A DNA stretch of 64,000 bases from Candidatus Multivoradales bacterium (GCA_965223325.1 CBDCWI010000002.1:2496001-2560000); one strand, 5' to 3'; positions 42,102-52,082 are shown, counted from the first letter of the stretch. The notes: generated from the letters alone by a model not told the origin. A program made the numbers and translations.

Positions 42102-44960
42102 TCAGTCTCCCGCGCCCGCGCCCGCAAGAGGTCGACGGAGATCGACGGCCCAGACGTCGCCATCCTCCTGCACCTGAATGCGGAGAATCGACTTGCCGTC
42201 TGAGGACACGCCGGTGCTTCCCACCGTCGCAAGTGGCCCCTTCCAGAGCGAGGTTCCCGAATCGAGGTCGTACACCTCGCCCTCGGCACCCGCGGTACGC
42301 AAGAGCTGGCCGGGAGCGAGAAAGTTGAGTGCGCCATTGCCCGAGAACCCGGTGGTGGTGAAAGTACCGGTCTCGATGTTCAGCAGCTGGATCTCGGTGT
42401 CGCCGTCGCAGCGCCCGACGAGCTGTTGGCTATCCGTGGTGAATTTCGCCGCGTTGAACCGGCTACCATCGCAGCGCGGAACGCCAACCCGCTTCCCCAG
42501 ACGTGGCGGCGCTACCGCCGAACCGCGCTCGAGCACGGGGAGTAGAAAGGGGCCGCCCTCAGCGTGTTTCACCATCAGCCAGGAACCATCGGGAGACCAC
42601 TCCTGGTTGTAGCCCTCGGCCAGCCGGGCGAGGCCGGTACCGTCCGGTCTTATGACCCAGACGTCGTATCGCCCACCGCGGTCGGAGAAGAACGTCACCC
42701 AATGGCCATCGGGGGACCAGGTTGGCCAACGGTCGATAAAGCGGTCACTGGTTAGCCGCCGAAGGTTGCTGCCATCCATTCCGACGAGAAACAGGTCGGG
42801 TTTCGGTCCTGTCGACAAGAACACCACTTCGCGGCTATCGGGGGAGCTCCGGGCGAGCATGAAGTTCGGGCCCACTGCCAGGGTCTCGGGGGGGCCGAGC
42901 GGACCCTCGGTCGCCGAGAAGGGTGTCTTCACGATCCGGTTGAGCGTCTGGTACGAAGAAAAGAGCACCCGCTGCCCGTCGGCCGCGAACGACAGAGAGG
43001 CCAACTGCGAGCTCGGCAGAGTAAAGGCGCGCACCTCGCCAGTCTCCGGGTCGAGCTGCCAGGCGTTGCGGGTTCCACCTCGATCGCTGAGAAAATAGAT
43101 CGCGCGCGGCGCCACCCATTGGGGCGCGAAGTCGACCGCAGGGTCATCGGTAAGCTGCGTGAGGTTGGAACTGTCCAGGTCCTGGGTCCACAGGTCGCGG
43201 TGGTGAGAGTCTTTCTCGATCGTCCAGAAGACCAGGGACCTCCCGTCGGGCGACCAGGACGGCTCAAAGATGCCGGTCAGGCCCGTAACGTCGAGCTCGG
43301 TCACGGCGCCCGTGTCGATTTCGAGAATCGAGAGGCGCCCGTCTTCCCGCGTTCCAAGCGCCGCCGGGTCTGAATAGACATGCCCATTGGAGGACGCCAG
43401 GTAACGCCCATCGGGTGACCACGCTGGCCAGCATCGGTCGTCGAGAACCCGTCGCCTTGATTCGCCGGTCGTACCCAGCAGCTCGACGGCCAGACCGCTG
43501 TCTTCGGAGCACAGCGCGATGGTGCCGCCGTCAGGCGAGAAGGCGGCTACATAGTCGTCGGTGGCGTCGTCTGTGATCTGGATCGGCCGCTCGCCGTCGA
43601 CCCGCTGAAGGTAGAGGCTCCACGTCGAGGGGCCCGCTCCGCCATCTGACTCGGCGCTGTAGACGAAGAACTCGCCGTCTGGAGAAAGGGTGGGTCGCCG
43701 CTCGAGCCGAGGCGACACAGTCAGCCTCTCGACCTGGCTCTCAGCCAGCACATCGGTGACCGGCTCAGGTGTCAGGGCCCGGCTCATGGCCCAGGCAAGG
43801 CCGAGCGCCGCCAGGGCCAGGGCAAGCCCCGCGAGGGCAAGCTGCCCACGGCTTGCGCGAGACGACGCGGCCTCTTGTGCAAGCAGAGAGGAAAGCGCGC
43901 CCGGGTCGCCGTCGCCAGCGGCGATCCACTCCAGCTGCGCACACAAGTCGCTCATCGACTGCCAGCGATCTCCAGGTGCCTTGGCCAAAGCGCGCTCGAC
44001 GAGACGGTCGAGCAACGGGGGTGCGACCTCCATCCGCTCTGACAACCGCGCCGGCACTTCGTTCAGGATCGCCGAGACCACTCGCGCCGGCGTTTCACCG
44101 TCGAAGGCCCGCTGTCCTGTCAAAAGCTCGTAGAGGAGGCAGCCGAAGGCAAAGATGTCGGTTCGCGCGTCGACTGGTCGGCTATCCAGCTGCTCCGGCG
44201 TCATGTAGTGGAGCGTGCCGAGAATCGCCCCCTCGGCGGTCAACGTTCGGCGCGTAGGCTCGCCATCGCCTATCGACACCGGGTCTACCTTCGCCAGACC
44301 GAAGTCGAGGAGTTTCGCACCCTCAGAGGTCACGAAGACGTTCCCCGGTTTCAGGTCGCGGTGAACGACTCCAACCGCATGCACAGAGGTGAGGGCACGA
44401 GCGATCTGAATCGCGATCTCCACCGCGCGCTGGACGGGAACACGGCCCCGCGCGAGCACCTCCTGGAGCGTCTCACCCTCGAGGAGCTCCATGACCAGGT
44501 AGTGATGACCGTCGTCATAGCCCACGTCATGAAGAACGCAGATGTTGGGATGGTTCAGACCAGAAATCGCCCGCGCCTCGCGTTGGAAGCGCTCGCGGAA
44601 TGCCTCCTTGGCGGACAGATCAGGCGGCAGGACCTTGACCGCGACCTCGCGTTCCAAGCGGGTGTCGCGGGCTCGATAGACCTCGCCCATGCCACCAGCG
44701 CCGATGGCTTCGACGATCTCGAAGGCCCCCAGTCGCTGGCCCGGTTCGAGAGCAGGGGGCCCGAGCGACCCCTCGCTCATCCCGAGCGGGGTCAGCTCCG
44801 GCGATTCTGCCCCGGCGATGAGCCGCTCGAGCTTTCTCCTTAGCTCCTTGTCTCCCCCGCATGCCTGGTCGAGAAACGCCGGGCGGTCCTGAGGCTCGCG
44901 CTCGAGGACCTGAGCGAGCAGGAAATCGAGCTCCTGGTATCGATCGAATGCGTCGGCCAC
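42102..44960 (-). CDS. Hanks-type Ser/Thr kinase with TM helix and PD40/TolB-like beta-propellers
   Basis: IGAGGMGEVY, VAVK, HRDLKPGN, DFGLAK, YMTPEQ; TM segment; repeated SPDG motifs; N-terminal AFLDQACGGD.ELR extension. Confidence 0.95.
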   Translation of the reverse strand: MADAFDRYQELDFLLAQVLEREPQDRPAFLDQACGGDKELRRKLERLIAGAESPELTPLGMSEGSLGPPALEPGQRLGAFEIVEAIGAGGMGEVYRARDTRLEREVAVKVLPPDLSAKEAFRERFQREARAISGLNHPNICVLHDVGYDDGHHYLVMELLEGETLQEVLARGRVPVQRAVEIAIQIARALTSVHAVGVVHRDLKPGNVFVTSEGAKLLDFGLAKVDPVSIGDGEPTRRTLTAEGAILGTLHYMTPEQLDSRPVDARTDIFAFGCLLYELLTGQRAFDGETPARVVSAILNEVPARLSERMEVAPPLLDRLVERALAKAPGDRWQSMSDLCAQLEWIAAGDGDPGALSSLLAQEAASSRASRGQLALAGLALALAALGLAWAMSRALTPEPVTDVLAESQVERLTVSPRLERRPTLSPDGEFFVYSAESDGGAGPSTWSLYLQRVDGERPIQITDDATDDYVAAFSPDGGTIALCSEDSGLAVELLGTTGESRRRVLDDRCWPAWSPDGRYLASSNGHVYSDPAALGTREDGRLSILEIDTGAVTELDVTGLTGIFEPSWSPDGRSLVFWTIEKDSHHRDLWTQDLDSSNLTQLTDDPAVDFAPQWVAPRAIYFLSDRGGTRNAWQLDPETGEVRAFTLPSSQLASLSFAADGQRVLFSSYQTLNRIVKTPFSATEGPLGPPETLAVGPNFMLARSSPDSREVVFLSTGPKPDLFLVGMDGSNLRRLTSDRFIDRWPTWSPDGHWVTFFSDRGGRYDVWVIRPDGTGLARLAEGYNQEWSPDGSWLMVKHAEGGPFLLPVLERGSAVAPPRLGKRVGVPRCDGSRFNAAKFTTDSQQLVGRCDGDTEIQLLNIETGTFTTTGFSGNGALNFLAPGQLLRTAGAEGEVYDLDSGTSLWKGPLATVGSTGVSSDGKSILRIQVQEDGDVWAVDLRRPLAGAGAGD

Positions 44961-45192
44961 CCGACCAGTTTAGTCGGCCGGTGCCCATTCGCCATTCCGA
45001 GGTATTAGCGGGTCTTGATCCGCTTTCAATAGCCGCCCACGGGACAGTCTGAGGCCGCAATTGGCGGCGGCCCTTCACGCCACCCGAAGGGCCGCCACAC
45101 GCTCGATCCTACGCTTCCACACCGGGACACAGCGGGACTCTGGGAGCTGCCTGGTCCAGGGTCGAAGTGACAAGAGATGACTCAGATAGCTA

Positions 45193-46035
45193 TCAGAACC
45201 ACCAGAAGCGCGCGAAGCGGAAGTCGACCTCGAGGACGATGCCTCCGGTCGGGTTGAAGCCAATGAGCTTCTGCCCCTGGATCCCACGCACGCCACCGTA
45301 GATTCCAGTACCGCCGGTGATCGAACGCTGCACCCGCCGCGACGCCGGGCTTTCGAAGCCATCGGTCGTGATGGTCCGCTGGCCGTACTCGTTGCTGTAG
45401 TCGAAGAACTGGAGATTGAACTCGCCCGACGCCTGCGCCTTCTTGATCTCGGGGTCGGCGGTGAAGCTGTAGATCTGGCTCGTCGCTGTCCAGGCACCGC
45501 TGCCCGCAAAGGCGCCCTGGCCGACCAACCAGCCCTTACAGGTCCACGTACCGATGACCTTCTCGGGGAATTCGGGATTGCCATTCTCGTCGACACCGTT
45601 GCAGAAAAACTCGTCACAGTCGATGGTTCCCTTGGGATAGAGGATGCCGTGAGTGATGAATTCGCCGCCATGAGGCGCAAAGATCACCAGGCCCTCGACC
45701 GGATCACCGTTCTTGTCGATCGGGCGCTGGCGAATGAAGCCATCCGGGTCGACGTATTTCTCGGCCCCAGCGACGATCAGTTCGCCCATGTCGTCGACCG
45801 GCGGTTCGAAAGTGAACGGGTCAACGTACATACCGGGCTCGGCATCACCGACGTACATCTGAAACACCTCGACCATCTCGACGTTGAGGCGTTGGTAGCG
45901 CTTGTCCACTCGTTCGGACTGAGCCGATAGAGCGACTGCTCCACCTAGCAGGGCGATAGAAAACGCCACGAAGTTCACGGCAAGGGCCGCGGAGAGTGTT
46001 TTCGAACCACCCTTCGAGTTCAAAGAAAAGGACAT
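45193..46035 (-). CDS. Secreted hypothetical protein with dirigent/allene-oxide-cyclase-like C-terminal barrel
   Basis: AGGAGG RBS, signal peptide; PEFPEKVIGTWTCKGW and RSITGGTGIYGGVRG motifs. Confidence 0.7.
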   Translation of the reverse strand: MSFSLNSKGGSKTLSAALAVNFVAFSIALLGGAVALSAQSERVDKRYQRLNVEMVEVFQMYVGDAEPGMYVDPFTFEPPVDDMGELIVAGAEKYVDPDGFIRQRPIDKNGDPVEGLVIFAPHGGEFITHGILYPKGTIDCDEFFCNGVDENGNPEFPEKVIGTWTCKGWLVGQGAFAGSGAWTATSQIYSFTADPEIKKAQASGEFNLQFFDYSNEYGQRTITTDGFESPASRRVQRSITGGTGIYGGVRGIQGQKLIGFNPTGGIVLEVDFRFARFWWF

Positions 46036-46201
46036 AGATTCCTCCTGAGTCGAGCGACAGGCGCCTCGACACCCACCTGACGCCTGGGCGAGGGAGGCCA
46101 GAAGCAGCCGCCCTCGGAGTCGCTGAATTCAGTGAGGGGTGAGTGTCAGCCTTGAGTACGTCAACCAGGGCGAAATCCGGAAAGGCCGCCCAACAGATTG
46201 T

Positions 46202-46792
46202 TCAGCCTTTTTCCGAATCCTCGGCGGACATGGCCTCCCGCAACCAGGCCCTCGCCCGCGCCCACTCGTTGCGAATCGTGCGCGTGGTTACGCCCGAGAT
46301 CTCTGCAATCTCGCGCTCGGTAAAGCCCACGATGTAGCGCAATTCGACAACTCGGGCCAGACGCGTCGAGTGCTGCTCGAGCTTCTGGAGGGCCTCGTCG
46401 ACGACCAGGACCCGTTCGAGATCGAACTGATCCTCGATCCATTGGTCCTTCAGCTCGACGAAATTCTCGTGGCCGCCGCGCTTCTGGCGGCCGCGATGGC
46501 GGGCGAAATCCACCAGCACCTGACGCATCGCTCGCGCTGCCAGGGCGTAGAAGTGCTCCGTGCTGATGGCCTCGCGGGTCTTACGCACTTCGAACTTGAG
46601 CCACACCTCGTGAACCAGCGCGGTGGTGTTCATCGAATCACCCGGTCGCCAACGAAGCAGTTGACCGTGGGCAAGCTTCTTGAGGTCGGCGTACATCTCA
46701 GCGAACAGGTCGTCGAACTGTTCGGCTGCCCGAGGCGAGGCGTCGCCGCGTTCGGCAGGTCTGTCGGGCCGCTGGCGGGGTTGGTCTGTCAT
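46202..46792 (-). CDS. ECF sigma factor of the kinase-associated type (TIGR02999/ECF43-like)
   Basis: [64 protein letters not shown]. Confidence 0.92.
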   Translation of the reverse strand: MTDQPRQRPDRPAERGDASPRAAEQFDDLFAEMYADLKKLAHGQLLRWRPGDSMNTTALVHEVWLKFEVRKTREAISTEHFYALAARAMRQVLVDFARHRGRQKRGGHENFVELKDQWIEDQFDLERVLVVDEALQKLEQHSTRLARVVELRYIVGFTEREIAEISGVTTRTIRNEWARARAWLREAMSAEDSEKG

Positions 46793-46867
46793 GGCAGCTT
46801 CTCAACAGGCCACCGGCCACGCCCGCCTGCGCGAGAGGGTTCTTCACCTAGTTGGAAGCACCAATGC

Positions 46868-46894
46868 ATTATAGAAAATGATTCTAATCTGCAA
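46868..46894 (-). promoter_or_regulatory. Candidate promoter for the ECF gene with an overlapping Fur-family-like box
   Basis: AT-rich patch; the minus strand reads TTGCAGATTAGAATCATTTTCTATAAT (perfect TATAAT, imperfect 7-1-7 dyad). Confidence 0.35.
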
Positions 46895-46939
46895 GGTCAC
46901 CGCGCGTGGGCCCACTTCTCTTGGCCCGAGGAGAATGAC

Positions 46940-47164
46940 GTGACGAAATGGAACCTCGACTTCGACGGCAAGAGCACGGCCGACGACGTCCTGGCGGACC
47001 TCGACCTGAGCGGCAAGACCGCCATCGTAACGGGCGCCAATGTGGGCACCGGCTTTGAAACCGCACGCGCCCTCGCAGCAAGAGGTGCACGACTGGTTCT
47101 GGCATGTCGCAGCGAGGAAAAGGGCGACGGGGCGCGCAGCGAGAAGTGGGTGTCAACAGGCTGA
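46940..47164 (+). pseudogene. N-terminal fragment of a retinol-DH-like short-chain dehydrogenase
   Basis: GAGGAG RBS and GTG start; [51 protein letters not shown], then a stop after 74 codons. Confidence 0.8.
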
Positions 47165-47272
47165 TCGTTTGTGTCTCGCACCCTCTGTCGCTGACCGACC
47201 GGTGCAATCTCCCCACACTCGACCATCCAAGCCGACCAACCACTCGTCCGAGCCCTGGTTTCGGCCGTCTAT

Positions 47273-48499
47273 TCACTGACGTCGAAACGAGTCGAGCTTC
47301 GACAGCGCCTCATCGATATCGGCCTCGGTGTGTTCCGCTGAGATCTGAAAGCGGATCTCCTCGTCGCCACGCGGCACCACCGGGTAGTTCAGCCCGGTCG
47401 CGAGCACGCCGCTGTCGAAGAGATGCTGCACCAGGGCAGCGGTCTTCTCCGTGTCACGCACCATCAGGGGCACGACGGGATGCTCGCCTGGAATCGTCTC
47501 GTAGCCGAGCTTGACCAGACCCTTCTCGAAGCGTCGCGTCATTTCGCGCAGGTGTCGCAGAAGCTCCCGACCGCTGTCGCTGTCGAGCAGCTCGACCGCG
47601 ACCCTGGCCGCCGCCGCCTCGGCCGGCGTGATCGGGTTGGAGTAGACATACAGAGGCGAGCTCTCGCGCAGGTAGTCAATCAGTACCTGCTCGCCGACGA
47701 CGTACCCACCATTGACTCCGAAAGCCTTGCCGAGCGTCGCAACCAGAACATCGACCCGAACGTCACACACCTCCTCGGTGCCGCGGCCGGTGGCACCGAA
47801 CCCACCGACTCCATGCGAATCGTCGACGATCAGAATGACGTTCTCCTCGAAGCGGTCGTCGAACGAGCGCACCAGCTGGTCGATATCACGCAGAGGCGCA
47901 TGATCCCCGCGCATGCTGAAGATGCCATCGGTCACCACCACGGCGCGCCGACAACGACCGGCCGCCTTCTCGAGAGCCGCCTCCAGTTCGCCGAGATCGT
48001 TGTGCTTGTAGATCGAGCGCTGCGCTGGCCGCGACAGTCTGATCGCATTGATGATGCAATTGTGGTTGAGCTCGTCGCTGATCAGAGCCGTCTCGTTCGT
48101 CACCAACGATGGAATCACGCCGACGACCGTGGCATAGGCAGAACTCATGATCATGGCCGCCGGGCGCTCGTGAAACAGAGCCAGCTTTTCCTCGAGCGCG
48201 ACGTGTGGTGCGTAGGTACCGCTGATGAACCGGACGGCCTGAGGACCCGTCCCGAACTGATCGGCGGAGGTTCCCTCCGCTTCGATCAGCTCCGAGCGCA
48301 GCGACATGCCCAGGTAGCCATTGGAGTTCATGCGGAGGAACTCCCGCTCTGGGTGCCCTTCGATCCGGTAGCGCGGGCCTCGCTGCCCGCTGGCAGGCAG
48401 CACCTCGGTGATGACCTTCTCTGCGCCCTTGAGGGAACCTAGCTCGGCGAGCTGCGCGAGCTGTGCTGCCAGCAGGTCATGGATTCGATCAGTCGGCAT
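47273..48499 (-). CDS. kbl: 2-amino-3-ketobutyrate CoA ligase (glycine C-acetyltransferase)
   Basis: AVRFISGT, ISDELNHNCII, TDGIFSMRGD, VDDSHGVG, TLGKAFG, YVYSN, YPVVPRG; coupled to threonine dehydrogenase. Confidence 0.9.
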   Translation of the reverse strand: MPTDRIHDLLAAQLAQLAELGSLKGAEKVITEVLPASGQRGPRYRIEGHPEREFLRMNSNGYLGMSLRSELIEAEGTSADQFGTGPQAVRFISGTYAPHVALEEKLALFHERPAAMIMSSAYATVVGVIPSLVTNETALISDELNHNCIINAIRLSRPAQRSIYKHNDLGELEAALEKAAGRCRRAVVVTDGIFSMRGDHAPLRDIDQLVRSFDDRFEENVILIVDDSHGVGGFGATGRGTEEVCDVRVDVLVATLGKAFGVNGGYVVGEQVLIDYLRESSPLYVYSNPITPAEAAAARVAVELLDSDSGRELLRHLREMTRRFEKGLVKLGYETIPGEHPVVPLMVRDTEKTAALVQHLFDSGVLATGLNYPVVPRGDEEIRFQISAEHTEADIDEALSKLDSFRRQ

Positions 48500-49508
48500 T
48501 GGAATCTCCAGGAGGGTCAATTCCCCTATAGGCATCACCCGTCCGTTGATGCTTTTGGTGGTCCAGCTTCTTTCGCAGCTCCCGCAACATGTCTTCGGTC
48601 ATGGTCTCGAGATCGTAGGCCGGCTTCCAGCCCCACTCCTGACGAGCTGCACTGTCATCGACGGACCGTGGCCAGGAATCGGCGATCGCCTGGCGTTGAG
48701 GGTCGACCTTGTATTCGATCTCGAAGCCGGGAACGTGCTTCGAAATCTCGGCGGCGAGTTTCTTTGGCGTCAGGCTCATAGCGGTGACGTTGAAGGCGTT
48801 GCGATGCACCAGCCGACTGGAGTCCGACTCCATGACCTCGATCATGGCCCGCACCGCGTCCGGCATGTACATCATGTCGAGCTGGCTGTCTTCACGTACG
48901 AAGCAGCTGTAGTGGCGATAGCGCAAGGCCTGGTAGAAGATCTCGACAGCCCAATCGGTCGTGCCACCGCCAGGCGGAGCTACATGAGAAACGAGGCCCG
49001 GCAGACGCAAACCTCGCGTGTCGACGCCAAAGCGAGAGTGGTAGTAGTCACAGAGCAGTTCGCCGCTGACCTTGGTGATGCCATAGATGGTCGACGGGCG
49101 CTGAAGGGTGTCCTGGGGCGTGTCGTCTTTAGGGGTCGTATGGCCGAACGCGCCGATCGAACTGGGAAAGAAGACCGACAGGCCGTGTTGCCGCGCGACC
49201 TCGAGGACTCGGTAGAGGCCTCCCATGTTGATCTCCCAGGCAACCCGGGGTTTCTCTTCGGCAACTGCAGAAAGCAGAGCGGCGAGGTGGTAGAGGGTGT
49301 CGATGTCATGACGAGCTACGACATCGGAAATCTGACGAATGTGGGTGCAATCGATGAGCTCGAAGGGCGGTCCGTCTACCATCGATTCTCTCGAGGGCAT
49401 CCGGATATCCGAGGCAACCACCTCTTCGACCCCGGGCCGGGTACGCAGGGCAGCCACCAGCTCGGTGCCGATCTGACCAAGAGCACCGGTAACCAGAATT
49501 CGTTTCAT
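48489..49508 (-). CDS. SDR-type L-threonine 3-dehydrogenase
   Basis: ILVTGALGQIGTEL, YHLAALLSA, PSSIGAFG, YGITKVSGELL, PGGGTTDWAV, MMYMPDA, RQAIADSWP. Confidence 0.92.
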   Translation of the reverse strand: MKRILVTGALGQIGTELVAALRTRPGVEEVVASDIRMPSRESMVDGPPFELIDCTHIRQISDVVARHDIDTLYHLAALLSAVAEEKPRVAWEINMGGLYRVLEVARQHGLSVFFPSSIGAFGHTTPKDDTPQDTLQRPSTIYGITKVSGELLCDYYHSRFGVDTRGLRLPGLVSHVAPPGGGTTDWAVEIFYQALRYRHYSCFVREDSQLDMMYMPDAVRAMIEVMESDSSRLVHRNAFNVTAMSLTPKKLAAEISKHVPGFEIEYKVDPQRQAIADSWPRSVDDSAARQEWGWKPAYDLETMTEDMLRELRKKLDHQKHQRTGDAYRGIDPPGDSNAD

Positions 49509-49700
49509 GCTGTCGAGGGTGTGTGGGTTTTCAAAGTCGAAGCCGTCCGGAGGGCAAGAAACAGCCTGGGCCGAACCAACGCCATAGGTACCGAAGGCAT
49601 GAGGAGATGCTGCCCTGGACCGTTCCTTGCGGCATTCCGCGCGCCATCCCGGTGTCGCCTCATTCTAGAAGCACGAAGTCTAGAGAGGCACGGCGCGTGG

Positions 49701-49866
49701 CTGGTACCCCGTACCATTGGAACGGATAGTGGCTGAGTGGATGATCGTGCTCGATATCAAGGCGTCACGACGCAGGCATATTGGTGATCTGTCGAGGAGT
49801 GACAACGCAGAGATCGAGTGCGAGGAACGCTCAGACGCTGTGCGGTTCAATGGTACGGGGTACTAG
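49701..49866. mobile_element. MITE-like palindromic element (166 bp)
   Basis: Terminal inverted repeats CTGGTACCCCGTACCATTGGAACGGA / TGCGGTTCAATGGTACGGGGTACTAG (22/26 match); nested internal stems; no transposase. Confidence 0.75.
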
Positions 49867-51068
49867 TGGAATGTCGAGAATCCTGGGGCGTGCGAGGGAA
49901 ACCTGGAGTAGATCACTCGCTGTCCGTCTGGTGAGACATCGAAGGAACTGACGAATCCCGGTGCACCAAAAGTCTGCGGGTTGCCGAGCGGGAAGCCGCG
50001 AAGAGCTTTTGCACGCTCTGCGGGTTCCGTCGAAACCCCACTTCCCTGCTGCGTTCGCTCGCCCGGTAACAGAGCGACAACGCCAACGGCAGCTACGACG
50101 GCCAGAGCAACGGCCAGTCCACGCTTCAGCCACTTCCCGCCCGCCTCCGGCGTGGCGACACCCCCTACCAGTCCCTCAGAAGCGGCGGCGCGAAGTGCCT
50201 CGCCCAGGGCTTTGGCGCCCGAGAACCGGTCTGCCGGGTCCTTCTCCAGACAACGATCGAGAATGGCCGAGATCGAGGCCGGCACGCCCTCGGCGAGCAA
50301 TACGGCCGAGCGAGGCGGATCGCGCAGCATCGCCGAAATGCGTTCCGCGGCGGTCTCGCCAGCGAATGGCGACATCCCGCACAGCAGCTCGAAGAAGACG
50401 ACGCCCAGGCTGAAAACATCTGAGCGCTGGTCGGCTGGTTCACCGCGCGCCTGCTCGGGCGACATGTAGGTGAGTGTGCCGAGAACCTGCCCCGACGCGG
50501 TGAGCTCAGAGCCTGCCGCCGCCCGAGTGGGTAGCTCGGACTGCGCCGGCGGCCGGGTCGCGAGCGGACTCTGCTTCGCCAACCCGAAGTCGAGCACCTT
50601 GACTCGATTCTCTCGGTTGAGCATGACGTTCGACGGCTTGAGGTCCCGATGGCAGATACCGCGCTCATGCGCGGCCCCGACCGCGTCGCAAAGCGGCAGC
50701 GCGATCTCGAGAAGCTCGTCGGGTCCGAGGGTCTCGCCCCTGCCGTCGAGCTCCTTCTTGACATCGAGCAGCGACCGTCCGTCGATGTACTCCATGACCA
50801 GGCACGTGGCGGCACGCGACGTCGACTCGATACCAAAGAGGGTCACGATGCCGGGATGATCGATTGACGCAAGAACCTTCGCTTCACGCTTGAACCGCTC
50901 GATCGCCTCCGGGCTGAGAGCCAGCTCGTCAGCCAGCTCCTTGAGTGCCACGCGCCGATCGAGGCGGGGATCGAGCGCCAGGTAGACGTCTCCCATGCCG
51001 CCACTTGCAAGGTGGCGTTCAACAACGTAGGGACCAAGCGCTGACCGTTCTCGAGCACTGCCCGGCAC
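49863..51068 (-). CDS. Ser/Thr kinase, C-terminally truncated (probable pseudogene)
   Basis: Complete kinase domain ([27 protein letters not shown]), TM helix, then a stop right after the first PD40-like motif [13 protein letters not shown]. Confidence 0.85.
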   Translation of the reverse strand: MPGSARERSALGPYVVERHLASGGMGDVYLALDPRLDRRVALKELADELALSPEAIERFKREAKVLASIDHPGIVTLFGIESTSRAATCLVMEYIDGRSLLDVKKELDGRGETLGPDELLEIALPLCDAVGAAHERGICHRDLKPSNVMLNRENRVKVLDFGLAKQSPLATRPPAQSELPTRAAAGSELTASGQVLGTLTYMSPEQARGEPADQRSDVFSLGVVFFELLCGMSPFAGETAAERISAMLRDPPRSAVLLAEGVPASISAILDRCLEKDPADRFSGAKALGEALRAAASEGLVGGVATPEAGGKWLKRGLAVALAVVAAVGVVALLPGERTQQGSGVSTEPAERAKALRGFPLGNPQTFGAPGFVSSFDVSPDGQRVIYSRFPSHAPGFSTFH

Positions 51069-51142
51069 TCCTGGGGACTTGGGAAACGCTATCTGATCCC
51101 GCCTGGGCGGTGGCGCGCAGACGGTCCCGTCGAGCCGGTTGC

Positions 51143-51156
51143 TTGACCGAGGTCAA
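51143..51156 (+). promoter_or_regulatory. FNR/CRP-family-type operator
   Basis: TTGAC-CGAG-GTCAA palindrome centred 41.5 nt upstream of ATG 51191. Confidence 0.6.
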
Positions 51157-51190
51157 GGCAACGGTTGCCATGCGGTAGAAGACTGTACCT

Positions 51191-51370
51191 ATGAATGAAG
51201 CACACACCTCCGGGGCAGACGTTACCGGGGCCAAGCCTCCGCCCGCGTGGCGAGCACTGCTCACACGGTTCGGCTTCCTCGGTTTTATGTTCTTCCTCAT
51301 CAAGGGACTGCTCTGGCTCGCCATTCCCGCCACCCTGGCGGTGCTGGCCTGGTTTGACGGAACCCCCTGA
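51191..51370 (+). CDS. Small membrane protein (59 aa), below the ORF-track cutoff
   Basis: Translated by hand: MNEAHTSGADVTGAKPPPAWRALLTRFGFLGFMFFLIKGLLWLAIPATLAVLAWFDGTP. GF.FFL.KGL.WL..P is a recurring small-protein motif. Confidence 0.75.
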   Translation: MNEAHTSGADVTGAKPPPAWRALLTRFGFLGFMFFLIKGLLWLAIPATLAVLAWFDGTP

Positions 51371-51419
51371 CCTCACCACCTCACCCATCTCTTTCGCTAC
51401 CACCTCGGAGCCCCCGCTG

Positions 51420-52082
51420 ATGCAACAAACCCGACCCCTTGTCGGCGAACCCGACACCGCCGTCGACCAGCCCCCAACAGATGAAATCATGGCTCGCCTT
51501 CGCGCCGAGACCCGCGAACACCACACGCGGGCCGAAAAGCAGCGCTTCCAGAGTCGCCTGGTGACCGGCGGTGTCGATCGGGCTCAGTACGCCTCCTGGC
51601 TCGTACAGCTTTCCCACATCCATCGAGTTCTCGAGCAGGCGCTCACCGCCAATCTGGAAGATCCCCGCTTCGCGGCGGTCGCCGAGTCGCAGTGGAAGAG
51701 CGAGCTGATCGAAAACGACCTGCAACAGCTTCCCGCGCCGGGGGTAGACGCGCTCTTTGCGCCGACCACAGCGCTGGTCGCTCTGCTCGAAAGAACCGCC
51801 GAGCACGAGCCGGTCGGTCTGCTCGGCCATCACTACGTGCTCGAAGGCAGCATGAACGGCAACCGCTTCATCGCGCGCAAACTGGAATCGACCTGGGAGA
51901 ACTCAGCGGGTCTCTCCTACCTCGATCCCTACGGTGAGGAGCAGCGCCCCCTTTGGCAGCAGTTCCGTTCCGACATGAACAAAGTCGAGCTGACGTCGGC
52001 CGAGAAGGACACGATCGTGCGCTGCGCCAAAGCCATGTTCGACGGTATCGCCGAGATCAGTAGCGCGATGCCTGGCGACTGA
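51420..52082 (+). CDS. Biliverdin-producing heme oxygenase (HemO/BphO-like)
   Basis: LRAETREHHTRAE (proximal His), YVLEGSMNG distal helix, YLDPYG..WQQF, AKAMF. Confidence 0.88.
   Translation: MQQTRPLVGEPDTAVDQPPTDEIMARLRAETREHHTRAEKQRFQSRLVTGGVDRAQYASWLVQLSHIHRVLEQALTANLEDPRFAAVAESQWKSELIENDLQQLPAPGVDALFAPTTALVALLERTAEHEPVGLLGHHYVLEGSMNGNRFIARKLESTWENSAGLSYLDPYGEEQRPLWQQFRSDMNKVELTSAEKDTIVRCAKAMFDGIAEISSAMPGD

Noticed and set aside
46139-46939. 341-aa ORF 46139..47164 as an intact gene
   Set aside because: The first ~265 codons are mostly antisense to the ECF gene; only the last 74 codons are a real SDR fragment
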